From: an uncultured Bacilli bacterium
Lineage (GTDB): Bacteria > Bacillota_I > Bacilli_A > RF39 > UBA660
Assembly: GCA_947627975.1 (NCBI GenBank)
Contig: CANQYB010000002.1
Location: forward strand, 4,740 to 68,739
Direction: 5' to 3'
Length of the DNA: 64,000 nucleotides
Shown here: positions 1 through 10,131 of the stretch, piece after piece
How the letters are laid out: each line of letters opens with the position of its first letter
Numbering within the stretch: position 1 is the stretch's first letter
The notes under the pieces: model-generated
Seen by the model: only the letters and a program-made list of their open reading frames with translations
Database searches by the model: none
What the model was told of the DNA's origin: nothing
Made by a program: the position numbers and the translations under genes

Positions 1-582
1 ATAATAATTTGATAAAAATCCACATTCTATCAAAACTCCTGGAACTTCTAATTTATTATACATGTAATAATTATTATTTTTCATAAGTTTTATTTTTCTA
101 TTTGTGTTTGTTTTTTTGTTTAAATCATGTTGTAAAATTTGGGCAATTTTTTTATTTGTTTTAAATTTATTATTATAAAAAATTTGAGGCCCATAATAAG
201 ATGAATCTGATAAATAGTTTAAATGAATTGAATAATATACATATGCATTTGAATTATTTATTAATTTAATTCTATTATCAAAATCGCTTTTTTTTCTCCT
301 ATAATAATTAGGAGATGCTAAATCATAATCGCCATCTCTTGTCAAGTAAACATTAGCCCCATATTCAACTAAATAATTTCGTAAATATTTTCCTATTTTT
401 AAATTTAAATCTTTTTCTAAAATATTTTTATAACTAGTCCCTGGGTCTTTTCCTCCATGACCAATATCTAAAATAATAGTTTTACCTAATAAAGATAAAT
501 CATGCGTATCTATTGCCTTAGGTGAAAAAGTAAATAATAAAAAAGTAAATGTAAAAATAATTATAAATTTATATGTTTTCAT
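1..582 (-). CDS. cwlD: N-acetylmuramoyl-L-alanine amidase (Amidase_3, CwlD-like), partial; the C-terminus runs off the window start
   Basis: Reverse translation from the ATG at 580-582 gives MKTYKFIIIFTF..signal peptide..IILDIGHGGKDPGTSYKNILEKDLNLKIGKYL..YLTRDGDYDL. The DxGHGGxDPG motif and a signal peptide are typical of Amidase_3/CwlD. It is not in the ORF track because it is truncated by the window edge. Confidence 0.55.
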   Translation of the reverse strand, partial: MKTYKFIIIFTFTFLLFTFSPKAIDTHDLSLLGKTIILDIGHGGKDPGTSYKNILEKDLNLKIGKYLRNYLVEYGANVYLTRDGDYDLASPNYYRRKKSDFDNRIKLINNSNAYVYYSIHLNYLSDSSYYGPQIFYNNKFKTNKKIAQILQHDLNKKTNTNRKIKLMKNNNYYMYNKLEVPGVLIECGFLSNYY

Positions 583-678
583 AATAAAATATATGAAAAT
601 AAAACATATTTATTTATAATTAATATTATTTTATACGATTTATTAATTTCTGATTTCTAAATTATTTTTTTATCATTT

Positions 679-1572
679 TTATTTTTTCATCTCTTTAATA
701 GCAATTGTAGCTGCTATACTTCCATCACTTACTGCCGTAGTTAATTGTCTTAAGTTTTTTACTCTTGCATCTCCTGCTGCATAAATACCATTTGTTTTAG
801 TATAAACATCATTTGAAGTTATTATATATCCTTTATCATCTAAATCAACTATATTTTTAAAAATTTCGTTTTTAGGCTCTTGTCCAATTGCTATAAATAA
901 ACCATCAATTTTTAAACTCATTTTTTTATTTAAATTATTTTTTACAACAATACTTTCTAGTTTTTTATTTCCCTCTAAAGATATAATTTCAGAATTAAAA
1001 ATAAAATCTACGTTATTTTTTGTTTTTAATTCTTCAATATATTTATTTTCCCCACTAAAAGTATCTCTTCGATGAATTAAATAAACTTTGGAAGCTAAAC
1101 TAGATAAATATATTGCTTCTTCTAAAGCAGAATTTCCTCCCCCATTAACAGCTACTATTTTATTTTTGTAAAAATTTCCATCACACGTTGCACAATAAGA
1201 TACACCTTTACCAATAAATTTTTGTTCATTTGCAATATTTAATTTTCGATTTGTAGCGCCAGTAGCTATAATTACTGAATTAGCAACATATTTATTTTTT
1301 TCGGTTAAAACTGTCTTATCTTTTTCAATTTTAATAACAGTTTCAAATTTTATTTCTACACCTAAATTTTTAACTTGGGAGTATAAATTTGTAGCAAAAT
1401 CAAATCCTGATATTGATTCTATTCCTGGATAATTTTCTATTTTATTGGCATTTATTATTTGTCCACCATAATTTTTAGCTTCTAAAACGAGAACTTTTTT
1501 ATTTGCTCTTTTTAAATATAGCGCGCTTGTAAGTCCCGTAGGCCCAGCTCCAATAACTATAACATCATACAT
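679..1572 (-). CDS. trxB: Thioredoxin-disulfide reductase
   Basis: N-terminal FAD-binding GAGPTG, the redox-active CATCDG motif, a second GGGNSALEEA dinucleotide-binding motif, and a length of 297 aa. Confidence 0.85.
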   Translation of the reverse strand: MYDVIVIGAGPTGLTSALYLKRANKKVLVLEAKNYGGQIINANKIENYPGIESISGFDFATNLYSQVKNLGVEIKFETVIKIEKDKTVLTEKNKYVANSVIIATGATNRKLNIANEQKFIGKGVSYCATCDGNFYKNKIVAVNGGGNSALEEAIYLSSLASKVYLIHRRDTFSGENKYIEELKTKNNVDFIFNSEIISLEGNKKLESIVVKNNLNKKMSLKIDGLFIAIGQEPKNEIFKNIVDLDDKGYIITSNDVYTKTNGIYAAGDARVKNLRQLTTAVSDGSIAATIAIKEMKK

Positions 1573-1623
1573 ATAAATATTCCTTTCATTTTTTGTTATT
1601 TATAAAAAAGATTGATTTAAAAA

Positions 1624-3507
1624 TCAATCTTCATTACTATCTTTATTATCAATCATGTTTTCAATGCAATCAATATTTTTATTTTCAACAATTGCATCAA
1701 TTTGTTCTTTTGTTATTGTTTCATATTTCATTAATGCTTCACTGATTAACATAACTAAATCTTTATTCTTTTGTAAAATAGATTTAGATTCTTTATAACA
1801 TTGATCAATAATTTTTCTTTCTTCTTCATCTATTTCATGTGCTACTTTATCAGAGAAATTTTTAGTTTTTCCATAATCTCTACCTAGGAAGACACTTTCA
1901 TTTGGTGTCTCTAATTGTAATGGTCCAAGATCACTCATTCCATATTCTGTAACCATACTTCTAACTATTGAAGTTGCTTTCTTAAAATCGTCTGATGCTC
2001 CAGTTGTTATTTGACCTAAAAATAATTCCTCTGCAACACGTCCTGATAATAAACCAGTTATGCTTGCCAATAATTCTTCTTTAGTTGAAATAGCAATTTT
2101 TTCTTCTTTTGGTAACATCATAGTATATCCCCCAGCCATTCCACGAGGAATAATTGTTATTTTATGTACTTCATTTGCATCCTTTAATTTTAATCCAACA
2201 ACAGCATGACCAGCCTCATGAATACTTACAAGACGTTTTTCTTTTTCAGTTATTTTTCTAGAAGTTTTAGCTGGACCTAATAAAACTCTATCTGTAGCTT
2301 CATCTATTTCATTCATATTAATTTCACTTTTATTTCTTCTAACAGCAAGTAAAGCAGCCTCATTTAATAAATTTTCAAGATCTGCACCACTAAATCCTGG
2401 AGTTCTTGCAGATATATTTTTTAAATTAATATCAGAGCCTAATTTTTTATTTTTAGCATGAACTTCAAGAATTTGTCTACGTTCATTTGAATCAGGTAAA
2501 CTAACAGTTACTTGTCTATCAAATCTTCCTGGACGAAGCAATGCTGGATCTAATACATCTGGTCTATTTGTCGCAGCAATTATAATAATACCTGTATTTT
2601 CACCAAAGCCATCCATTTCAGTTAATAATTGGTTAAGTGTTTGTTCTCTTTCATCATGTCCGCCACCAATACCACTTCCACGTTGACGACCAACAGCATC
2701 TATTTCATCAATAAATATTAAACATGGAGCAGTTTGTTTTGCTTGCTTAAACATATCTCTTACACGAGAAGCTCCAACTCCAACAAATAATTCAACAAAG
2801 TCTGAACCACTTATAAAGTAAAATGGTACGTTTGCCTCACCTGCAACAGCTCTAGCTAGTAATGTTTTTCCTGTTCCTGGAGGACCTACAAGTAAAACAC
2901 CTTTAGGAATTCTTGCACCTAAAGCTTGAAATTTTTTAGGATTTTTTAAAAAGTCAATTAATTCGGCAACTTCTTCTTTTTCTTCTTTTAAGCCAGCAAC
3001 ATCCTTAAATTTAACTTTTTTCCCTCCATCAGATAATCTTGCTTTACTTTTTCCAAAATCCATTGATTTGCTATTTCCACCTGCCAATTTTGAAAAAAAT
3101 ATAAAACAAATAACAGCTAATAATACAAGTGGTAATAAATTTACAATTATATTAATTACAGAATTATTTTCAGGATTTGACTTTGTCGTTACTTTAAATC
3201 CTTGATTATCCGCATATACTAATATTTTTTTCATTACACTTTCTGATAATGGAACTTTAACCTTAAAAGATTCATCATTTTTATAATCTTTTAATTTTCC
3301 AGAAATATCATATATTCCCGCACCAGTTTTAGTAGTTATTGTAATTTCTGAAACGTCTCCATCACTTAATTCTTTAATCAATTCATCATATGAAAAATCA
3401 TTAATTTTAACAGTAGAAAAATTAAATAAAAATAAAACGCCAATTATTACAACTGCTAAAATTAAGTATGGAAAAAATGCTTTATTTAAATTCTTTTTAT
3501 TTTTCAT
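1624..3507 (-). CDS. ftsH: ATP-dependent zinc metalloprotease FtsH
   Basis: Two TM segments, an AAA+ Walker A GPPGTGKT, a DEIDA Walker B, and the zinc-binding HEAGHA motif; 627 aa. Confidence 0.95.
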   Translation of the reverse strand: MKNKKNLNKAFFPYLILAVVIIGVLFLFNFSTVKINDFSYDELIKELSDGDVSEITITTKTGAGIYDISGKLKDYKNDESFKVKVPLSESVMKKILVYADNQGFKVTTKSNPENNSVINIIVNLLPLVLLAVICFIFFSKLAGGNSKSMDFGKSKARLSDGGKKVKFKDVAGLKEEKEEVAELIDFLKNPKKFQALGARIPKGVLLVGPPGTGKTLLARAVAGEANVPFYFISGSDFVELFVGVGASRVRDMFKQAKQTAPCLIFIDEIDAVGRQRGSGIGGGHDEREQTLNQLLTEMDGFGENTGIIIIAATNRPDVLDPALLRPGRFDRQVTVSLPDSNERRQILEVHAKNKKLGSDINLKNISARTPGFSGADLENLLNEAALLAVRRNKSEINMNEIDEATDRVLLGPAKTSRKITEKEKRLVSIHEAGHAVVGLKLKDANEVHKITIIPRGMAGGYTMMLPKEEKIAISTKEELLASITGLLSGRVAEELFLGQITTGASDDFKKATSIVRSMVTEYGMSDLGPLQLETPNESVFLGRDYGKTKNFSDKVAHEIDEEERKIIDQCYKESKSILQKNKDLVMLISEALMKYETITKEQIDAIVENKNIDCIENMIDNKDSNED

Positions 3508-4831
3508 TTAAAAATTCCTCCTTTAAGCTATACTTTATTATTATATCACACTTTTGACTTTTGTCTTTATCAAATTTAGATTTTTTTATTCCTGGAATCC
3601 ATAAAACACGTTTTTTACTATCAATTAAAATAGGTTGAATTTCTCTTTGCCCTTTAGGAATCTTACTATCTATAAAAACACGATTTACTTTTTTATGGCC
3701 ATTTTTAAGTTCAATTATTAATCCATCTTCCTTATTAATTATGTAAAGTGGCAAATCAATATCTTTTAAAGATAACCTAAAAATATTATTACTTTTTTCT
3801 GTGCTTTTTTCTATAATTTCTAATTTATAGTTATTATTTTCATAATATTTTTCAAATTTAATTACTTCTTTTTTTGGTTTCTCATTATTTATTTTATTAA
3901 AATATATATACCCATATTCTTTTTTAATATTTAAATTATTAGGAAAACAAATATTAGTATTTTGTTTTTTTGAATTGATTAATTTAAATAATAAATTAAT
4001 ATGTCTATCATTTAACAGATAAATATTATCATCATATATTTTATATAATATTTCCTTTATTATACTTTTTTGTATAAGAGGTTCTTCTTTTTTTAATTTA
4101 GAAATGTTTAAATAATTATTTTTATATATATAATCTATTTTATTTATAACTAAATTTTTTATATAATCATCATATTCAATAATTAAATTGCTAAACTTAT
4201 TAAATTTTTCTATTACTTTATTATTTTCCTTGTGTAATAAAGGTAAAATATCAATTCTAAATCTGTTTCTTGTATATTCCTTGCTAGCATTTGTTTTATC
4301 TAAAACATATGGTATATTATTTTTTTTGTTATAATTAATTATTTCCATTTTAGATTTATTTATTAAAGGTCTAACAATTATATATCCATTTCTTTTTGTT
4401 TCTCTTTTAAAACCTGAATATCCTAAAAAAGATGTTCCTCTTACTAAATGCATAAGAATTGACTCAATTAAATCATCCCCATGATGAGCAGTAAATAAAT
4501 ATTTTGCATTATATTTATTAATTATTTTTTCCATATAATTATATCTAATATCTCTTGCTTCCTTATGAAAATTTTGATTAGTATAATTTTCAATTTTCAT
4601 AGTTTCAAAAATTAATTTTCTTTCTTGACAATAATTTTTTACAAAAATTTCTTCATCTTTACTTTCTTTTCTTACATTATGATTAATATGAGCAACGATA
4701 ATTTTTATTTTCTTTGAAACTTTTAATAACAAATTTAACAAACACATTGAATCAGGACCACCAGAAAGAGAAACAACTACTATATCATTGCTTTTAAGTA
4801 AATTATCTAAATAGTTTATTTCTTCAATCAT
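3497..4831 (-). CDS. tilS: tRNA(Ile)-lysidine synthase
   Basis: N-terminal PP-loop SGGPDS; position next to ftsH as in Bacillus (yacA); the C-terminal half is Asn/Lys-rich and low in complexity. Confidence 0.8.
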   Translation of the reverse strand: MIEEINYLDNLLKSNDIVVVSLSGGPDSMCLLNLLLKVSKKIKIIVAHINHNVRKESKDEEIFVKNYCQERKLIFETMKIENYTNQNFHKEARDIRYNYMEKIINKYNAKYLFTAHHGDDLIESILMHLVRGTSFLGYSGFKRETKRNGYIIVRPLINKSKMEIINYNKKNNIPYVLDKTNASKEYTRNRFRIDILPLLHKENNKVIEKFNKFSNLIIEYDDYIKNLVINKIDYIYKNNYLNISKLKKEEPLIQKSIIKEILYKIYDDNIYLLNDRHINLLFKLINSKKQNTNICFPNNLNIKKEYGYIYFNKINNEKPKKEVIKFEKYYENNNYKLEIIEKSTEKSNNIFRLSLKDIDLPLYIINKEDGLIIELKNGHKKVNRVFIDSKIPKGQREIQPILIDSKKRVLWIPGIKKSKFDKDKSQKCDIIIKYSLKEEFLNEK

Positions 4832-4842
4832 AAAAGTCCTCC

Positions 4843-5589
4843 TTAATATTTTATTTGTGCTAGATATAAACCTTGTGGTGGGGCAGTTGGTAATCTTTTT
4901 TCAATTTTTTTATCTAAAATATTTTTTACTTCTTGTAAAGTTATTTTATTTTGACCAACATACATTATTGCTCCAACTAAATTTCTTATCATATATGTAT
5001 AAAAACTTTTTCCAACAAATTTAATTGTTATAATATTTCCTCTTTTATTTATTTTTATACATTTTATAATAGATTCGTAATTATTATTAAATCTTTTCCC
5101 AGAAACAAAATATTCAAAATCGTGTGGTCCTTCAAATATTTTACAGCACTTTTTCATTTGCTTATAGTCTAATTTCTTAGAAAATTGATACATGTAGCTT
5201 TGATAAAAAGGTGTTTTTTCACCAATATTTATTTTATAAAAATAAGTCTTTAATTTGACTGAAAATCTCGCATGAAAATTTTCGTTAACTAAAATACAAT
5301 TTTTTATAACAATAAATTTATCAATATAATTATTAATTACTTTTATTAAATCTTTTGGGTTAATATAATTATTTAATTCAAAATGAGCTGTTTGACCTAA
5401 AGCATGCGCCCCTTTATCAGTTCTTCCTGCACCCCAAATGTTTGTTTGACATTTATTAATTTTACTTAATACTCTTTCTATTTCTCCTTGCACTGTTTTA
5501 GTATCTTTAAGGCGCTGAAACCCATTAAATTTTGACCCATCATAAGCAAAAGTTATTAAATACTTATATTTTTTATTATTATTGCACAT
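4843..5589 (-). CDS. truA: tRNA pseudouridine(38-40) synthase
   Basis: GAGRTDKGAHALGQ catalytic Asp motif; about 248 aa. Confidence 0.85.
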   Translation of the reverse strand: MCNNNKKYKYLITFAYDGSKFNGFQRLKDTKTVQGEIERVLSKINKCQTNIWGAGRTDKGAHALGQTAHFELNNYINPKDLIKVINNYIDKFIVIKNCILVNENFHARFSVKLKTYFYKINIGEKTPFYQSYMYQFSKKLDYKQMKKCCKIFEGPHDFEYFVSGKRFNNNYESIIKCIKINKRGNIITIKFVGKSFYTYMIRNLVGAIMYVGQNKITLQEVKNILDKKIEKRLPTAPPQGLYLAQIKY

Positions 5590-6370
5590 CTCTATACACC
5601 GCTTTAATTAATTCATTAAGACTATTATAATATATAAAAGGATGAATTTCATCATTAATCAAATTACAAAATTTTGTAATTGGCGCAATATCTAAATATT
5701 TACTTATATTTTTATCTTGTAAAAAACTTTTGTTGTAATAACTAATTCTTTTATTGTTTAAAATATATAAATCATCAACAAAATCTAATATAAATTGTGC
5801 ATTGTTAGAAATACAAATTATAGTTTTGTTATATTCTTTCTGAAGATTTTTTAATAGTTTTTTCAAATTAATTTGATCTTTATAATTAAAGTGTCTTTCA
5901 AAATTATCAAGTATTATTATTTCTGGATTATAAATGATAATAGAAGCCAAATAAACTTTCTTTTTTTCACCAAATGATAAATTTTTTATTTTTTTATATA
6001 AATACTCTTCGTTAAGTCCAACCATATTTAAAATTTCAATCATTCTTTTTTGTTTATTACAATTAACATTATAAAATTCTAAACCTTTTTCTAATTGTTT
6101 TTTTACTGTTTTAAATTTTTTATAGTAATTAATATCATCAAAAAGTACTCCAATTTTATTGTGTAAATTATGACTTACGCCCCTTATATTAATTTCCTCA
6201 TTCTCTATTAAAATTTTACCATTATTAATAGTTTTTAATCCAGCAAATACTTTAGCTAAAATACTTTTATCATCATCCCCAATAAAACATGTAACTCTGT
6301 TGGCATTTATTGAAAAACTTTCATTCATAAAAACATTATCAATTGTAACTTTACAAAATTCTATTTCCAT
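5579..6370 (-). CDS. ABC-type ATPase-like protein with a degenerate P-loop (EcfA'-like)
   Basis: The ABC signature LSFGEKKKV and a Walker-B-like IIILDN are present. The Walker A position reads GDDDKS instead of GxxGxGKS. It overlaps truA by 11 nt in an ecfA-ecfA'-truA-like arrangement. Confidence 0.5.
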   Translation of the reverse strand: MEIEFCKVTIDNVFMNESFSINANRVTCFIGDDDKSILAKVFAGLKTINNGKILIENEEINIRGVSHNLHNKIGVLFDDINYYKKFKTVKKQLEKGLEFYNVNCNKQKRMIEILNMVGLNEEYLYKKIKNLSFGEKKKVYLASIIIYNPEIIILDNFERHFNYKDQINLKKLLKNLQKEYNKTIICISNNAQFILDFVDDLYILNNKRISYYNKSFLQDKNISKYLDIAPITKFCNLINDEIHPFIYYNSLNELIKAVYRDVQ

Positions 6371-6846
6371 AATGCTTCCACCAACTCTCTTTCATTTTTA
6401 AATAGTTTGTCTATTAAATTGTAGTGCTTTAGTTGAATAGACAAATCAATAATAAAAGGATTTTTTAAGCCCAACCGTTTAATTATTTTTTCATTTTCTA
6501 ATACTTTTAAAGTTTTTCCATTAATTAAAATTTTACAATTATCTAAAATATATAAATAATCAGAATATAAAATGTCTTCAGGATTTGTAGTTGTATATAC
6601 TAATTTTAAATTATTAGATAAAATATGATTAAAAAATTTATCTTTTTGTTCCTTATTTAAATCCCATAAATCATCGTCTAAAAATATAATTGATTTATTT
6701 TTATTTAAATTAAAATTTTTATTTTTTATAAATATAGCATCTTCTTTAAAATTTTTATATAAATCATTTAAAGCAATAGATTTGCCAGAAGCACAAGGAC
6801 CAATTATACAAATAATATTATTATTTTTTAATACTTCTTTAAACAT
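6361..6846 (-). CDS. Short P-loop ATPase (ABC-like RecA core without the helical signature subdomain)
   Basis: Intact Walker A IIGPCASGKS, a Walker-B-like IIFLDDD and an H-loop-like region. It has no LSGGQ signature and is only 161 aa. It overlaps the downstream ABC-like gene by 10 nt. Confidence 0.45.
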   Translation of the reverse strand: MFKEVLKNNNIICIIGPCASGKSIALNDLYKNFKEDAIFIKNKNFNLNKNKSIIFLDDDLWDLNKEQKDKFFNHILSNNLKLVYTTTNPEDILYSDYLYILDNCKILINGKTLKVLENEKIIKRLGLKNPFIIDLSIQLKHYNLIDKLFKNERELVEALWK

Positions 6847-6911
6847 TTAATCACCAACTTTTATATTCTATTATACAAAATTTTTGTAAAAAAAAAAGTA
6901 AAAGTTTTCTT

Positions 6912-7220
6912 TTACTCTACTACTCTAATAATTTTTTCTCCGTCTTTTGAATAAAGATAGGTTTCGCGAGCATAACGGGCAATATAATCAGGATCTTGCA
7001 GTTTAGTAGCATCAGCTTTTAATTGAATCTCTTCTTTAGACAATTTTTTATATTCATCTTTAAGTTTATTAGTTTGTTTAACATTATTAAAAATTTGAGT
7101 CCAATAACCAAATAAACTAACAGACATAAAACCTATAATTGCAAATAAAACTAATGTTGCAAAAAGCATTCTTCTTTTTGCTTTTTTTGATACTTTAGAT
7201 TTTCTTTCCATTATAGTCAC
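6912..7220 (-). CDS. divIC: Septum formation initiator (DivIC/FtsB family)
   Basis: Single TM segment, a coiled-coil, the C-terminal DPDYIARYARETYLYSKDGEKII motif, and a position next to yabQ/yabP as in Bacillus. Confidence 0.6.
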   Translation of the reverse strand: MTIMERKSKVSKKAKRRMLFATLVLFAIIGFMSVSLFGYWTQIFNNVKQTNKLKDEYKKLSKEEIQLKADATKLQDPDYIARYARETYLYSKDGEKIIRVVE

Positions 7221-7238
7221 CTACTATATAGTAGTATA

Positions 7239-7553
7239 TCATTTGACTTTAAACTTTTCAAATAATTTTTTAATTGGTATACGCTTTATTAACATAATTA
7301 TTTTCTTCTGAGCAAATAAGTAACCTAAAATTACACAAAATATAAAATAAATATGTACATATCCACCATTTACTTTTATTAATAAAAGTAAATACAATAG
7401 TATATTATCTATAACAAAAATTATAGTAAAAGCTATTTTAAACAAATTGTTTTTATTATTTAAATTATTGTAGTTAATACAAGTAAAAATAGAAAAAAAT
7501 ATTCCAAATATAAATGAAAAAATTAGTGATTTTAGTTGAATAAACTGATTCAT
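7239..7553 (-). CDS. yabQ: Spore cortex biosynthesis membrane protein YabQ-like
   Basis: Small polytopic membrane protein immediately downstream of yabP, overlapping it by 1 nt; the order is conserved. Confidence 0.45.
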   Translation of the reverse strand: MNQFIQLKSLIFSFIFGIFFSIFTCINYNNLNNKNNLFKIAFTIIFVIDNILLYLLLLIKVNGGYVHIYFIFCVILGYLFAQKKIIMLIKRIPIKKLFEKFKVK

Positions 7554-7858
7554 TATTTAAATAATTTTGAGATAAAACTATTTTCTTTATTTTTGTTTTT
7601 ATCATCTATATAACTAAATCCATTAATTTGGCCTTTTATTGATACATTACCTTCATGAGTATCTAATTTTATCATTTCTAAATTTTGGCCTTTTATTAAT
7701 ATTGAACCCATACTACTATCAAGCAAAAATTCTTCTTTATCAAAACTAACAATTTTTTTAATTCCCGTAATAATAATATTTTTTCTTTCACTTACACTTA
7801 TTTTATGACTTAAATTACTAGCATCTATAATATTATCCATATTTATTTTTCCTTTCAA
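7553..7858 (-). CDS. yabP: Sporulation protein YabP
   Basis: About 100 aa, a YabP-family beta-rich sequence, and the conserved yabP-yabQ-divIC order. Confidence 0.65.
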   Translation of the reverse strand: MKGKINMDNIIDASNLSHKISVSERKNIIITGIKKIVSFDKEEFLLDSSMGSILIKGQNLEMIKLDTHEGNVSIKGQINGFSYIDDKNKNKENSFISKLFK

Positions 7859-7903
7859 AAAATAATATGCAAAAAAAAATTAGTTTAGAACTAATTTTAA
7901 TTT

Positions 7904-8182
7904 TTACTCATTATCTTTTGGTGCTTCTTCAGCATTATTATATGCTTCAATAATTTTGTCTTCAAACATTTTACGAACTTCAGGATTTATTGGATGAGCA
8001 ATATCTCTATAACCACCAGAAGTAGTTTTTCTACTAGGCATAGCTATGAACAATCCATTATCACCTTCAATAATTCTAATGTCATGAACAGCAAATGAGT
8101 CATCTAACAAAACTGATGCAAGTCCTTTCATTCTAGAACCTTCTTTTTCAATTTTACGTACATTAACAGATGTAATTTGCAT
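7904..8182 (-). CDS. spoVG: Septation/sporulation regulator SpoVG
   Basis: [42 protein letters not shown] is a near-textbook SpoVG sequence. Confidence 0.9.
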   Translation of the reverse strand: MQITSVNVRKIEKEGSRMKGLASVLLDDSFAVHDIRIIEGDNGLFIAMPSRKTTSGGYRDIAHPINPEVRKMFEDKIIEAYNNAEEAPKDNE

Positions 8183-8255
8183 AATACACTCACTTTCTAA
8201 AGTTTTCCAACTTAATTATATTTTAAGATATAAATTGGAAAAAATCAACAATATT

Positions 8256-8468
8256 TTATATATATGTTAACACAACATCTTTTGTTATAATATCAGCATA
8301 ACTAAAACTTTTACTTTCTCCATTTATTAATATCGTAAAAATATATGGATAAATTTCATAAATACTTCCAATATATTCATCAACTTTATTTCTATTTCCA
8401 TATACTTTAACTCTTACTGTTTTACCAATATTATTTTTTATTTCATCTTTTATCAAATTTATATTCAT
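8256..8468 (-). CDS. veg: Veg (biofilm-related small protein)
   Basis: About 70 aa, GKTVRVKV..YPYIFTIL..FSYADIIT matches the Veg/DUF1021 pattern; it is adjacent to yabG as in Bacillus. Confidence 0.65.
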   Translation of the reverse strand: MNINLIKDEIKNNIGKTVRVKVYGNRNKVDEYIGSIYEIYPYIFTILINGESKSFSYADIITKDVVLTYI

Positions 8469-8482
8469 TTAAAACCCCCTTT

Positions 8483-9262
8483 TTATCTTGGAAATCCTAC
8501 ATACATAAGCCCATTACATTTTAACCCCCCTATGCCATCTTTCCCATATTTAGTTTTGCTTAACAAATTAATTAAATCAATTTCTTGATTGCGTTCTGTT
8601 AAAGCAATAGTTGATGCTATTATAGCTGGATCTAAAGCATGAATATTTATTCGCTTAGGACTTGAAGCAAAATTTGCTCCTGCTTTTATTAGTTCTTCAT
8701 AATTACTTTGACATGCCCCAGCAATAATAACCAATTTTTCATGACTTTTCTCAATTTTACGTGCTAATTTTACAGCTTTTATAAAATTATTTGAATTTTT
8801 ATAACTGTTTTCTCCCTTTTTATTATAATATGCATCATGCCCAGTAATGATTACAATATCAGGACTATACTCTTTTATTAAACTAGTTATTACATTGGGA
8901 ATATCACTTTCATTTATTTGTTTCCCTATAGCTAAAACTTTGGCTTGTTTATAAAAATCTAAACACCTTTTTAAATAATCTTCATCTCCATCAATATGTA
9001 ATATTTTTGCTGGTAAATAAAAAAAATCATTTCTATCTTCCTTAAGATTTATATAAGCATCTTTTACAAATTGTTCCTCAACTACATTATGCTCATAAAT
9101 TGTTAAATCTTTATAATTACTATCAGCATATAATCTTATATCTATTCCTTTTAAATAATAAATATTATTTTTTATATTTAATACTTTAAAAATAATATCA
9201 TGATTATAGCTTTTTCTAGTAACAAGATCTCCTTTTTTTATTTTCAAAAAAATATCACCCAT
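8483..9262 (-). CDS. yabG: Sporulation-specific protease YabG (peptidase U57)
   Basis: The conserved C-terminal half is IVIITGHDAYYNKKG...LVIIAGACQSNYEELIKAGANFASSP. The position ksgA-(insert)-yabG-veg matches Bacillus. Confidence 0.75.
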   Translation of the reverse strand: MGDIFLKIKKGDLVTRKSYNHDIIFKVLNIKNNIYYLKGIDIRLYADSNYKDLTIYEHNVVEEQFVKDAYINLKEDRNDFFYLPAKILHIDGDEDYLKRCLDFYKQAKVLAIGKQINESDIPNVITSLIKEYSPDIVIITGHDAYYNKKGENSYKNSNNFIKAVKLARKIEKSHEKLVIIAGACQSNYEELIKAGANFASSPKRINIHALDPAIIASTIALTERNQEIDLINLLSKTKYGKDGIGGLKCNGLMYVGFPR

Positions 9263-9306
9263 ACATTATATGCAAGAGTGATATAAATTTTCTTTTTAAA
9301 TAAAAT

Positions 9307-10131
9307 TTATTTTTTAACTAAAACATTTTCTTTTTCATGTGAATCAAATACTAATAAAAAATTTTTTAAAGATTTTAATAATGTAGTGTCAATGATTTGT
9401 TTAGATATATTATAAATACTTGCAAGTATTTCAGTCTTTATTCCTAAAAAATATGTAATTAATATATTATAAGACATATTATCCATATCATCCTTTAATT
9501 CTTCATTTAATATTTCAGCTTCCTTTTTTATATTACATAAATTATCTTTTTTATAATAAATCAAAATATTGGTAATTCCAATAACTGCATAATTATTAGC
9601 TATATTATTTAACATTAATATTCTTTTTTCTTTAAAATCATTTATTGAATTTTCTAAATTTAAAATATTATATATTAAATTTATATCCCAGTACATACCT
9701 ATTGAATCTAATTTTAATGTTCGATTTACTGTTAATTTATTGTTATTATATAAAAATCTTTGTTTTTTTAACCACTTAGCTATTTTTAAATTATCAGGAA
9801 TAATTAAATTTTTATGATTTTTAAAGTATTCTTTAGCTATTTTATAATTTTCATCCCATTGTTTTCTTTCTTTAAGGTAAAAAGAAAAATCATTATTATT
9901 TTTTGATTTATCATAAATTTGCCAAACCATTCCAATGTTATTTAATTTTTCTTCTCTTTCTTTACTTAATTTGTTTTTCTTTTTGAAATCTCGTTGCTTA
10001 CTAATCCAATCACCCAGTTTTACTCCATCAATAATATATCTTCTTGGTACTTTTAAATTACCTTTTGCCTCATAATACTTTTTAGCAATTTTATATTTTT
10101 CATTCCATAAATCATTTCTTGTTTTTTTCAA
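9307..10131 (-). CDS. HA (helicase-associated, PF03457-like) repeat protein with a C-terminal sigma region-4-like HTH; TTG start
   Basis: Two W-x-E-x-Y...GNL-x-VP...LG-x-WI-x-x-QR repeats. The C-terminus NMSYNILITYFLGIKTEILASIYNISKQIIDTTLLKSLKNF fits the sigma-70 r4/LuxR-type HTH pattern. The start is a TTG 4 nt after a GAGGTGA Shine-Dalgarno that contains the upstream gene's TGA stop. Confidence 0.55.
   Translation of the reverse strand: MKKTRNDLWNEKYKIAKKYYEAKGNLKVPRRYIIDGVKLGDWISKQRDFKKKNKLSKEREEKLNNIGMVWQIYDKSKNNNDFSFYLKERKQWDENYKIAKEYFKNHKNLIIPDNLKIAKWLKKQRFLYNNNKLTVNRTLKLDSIGMYWDINLIYNILNLENSINDFKEKRILMLNNIANNYAVIGITNILIYYKKDNLCNIKKEAEILNEELKDDMDNMSYNILITYFLGIKTEILASIYNISKQIIDTTLLKSLKNFLLVFDSHEKENVLVKK

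Noticed and set aside
9263-9306. An inverted repeat ATATCAC...GTGATAT spanning the yabG RBS and start codon, as a possible regulatory hairpin
   Set aside because: The stem is short (7 bp) and AT-rich, and the spacer is only 44 nt. It is not distinguishable from chance in this base composition.
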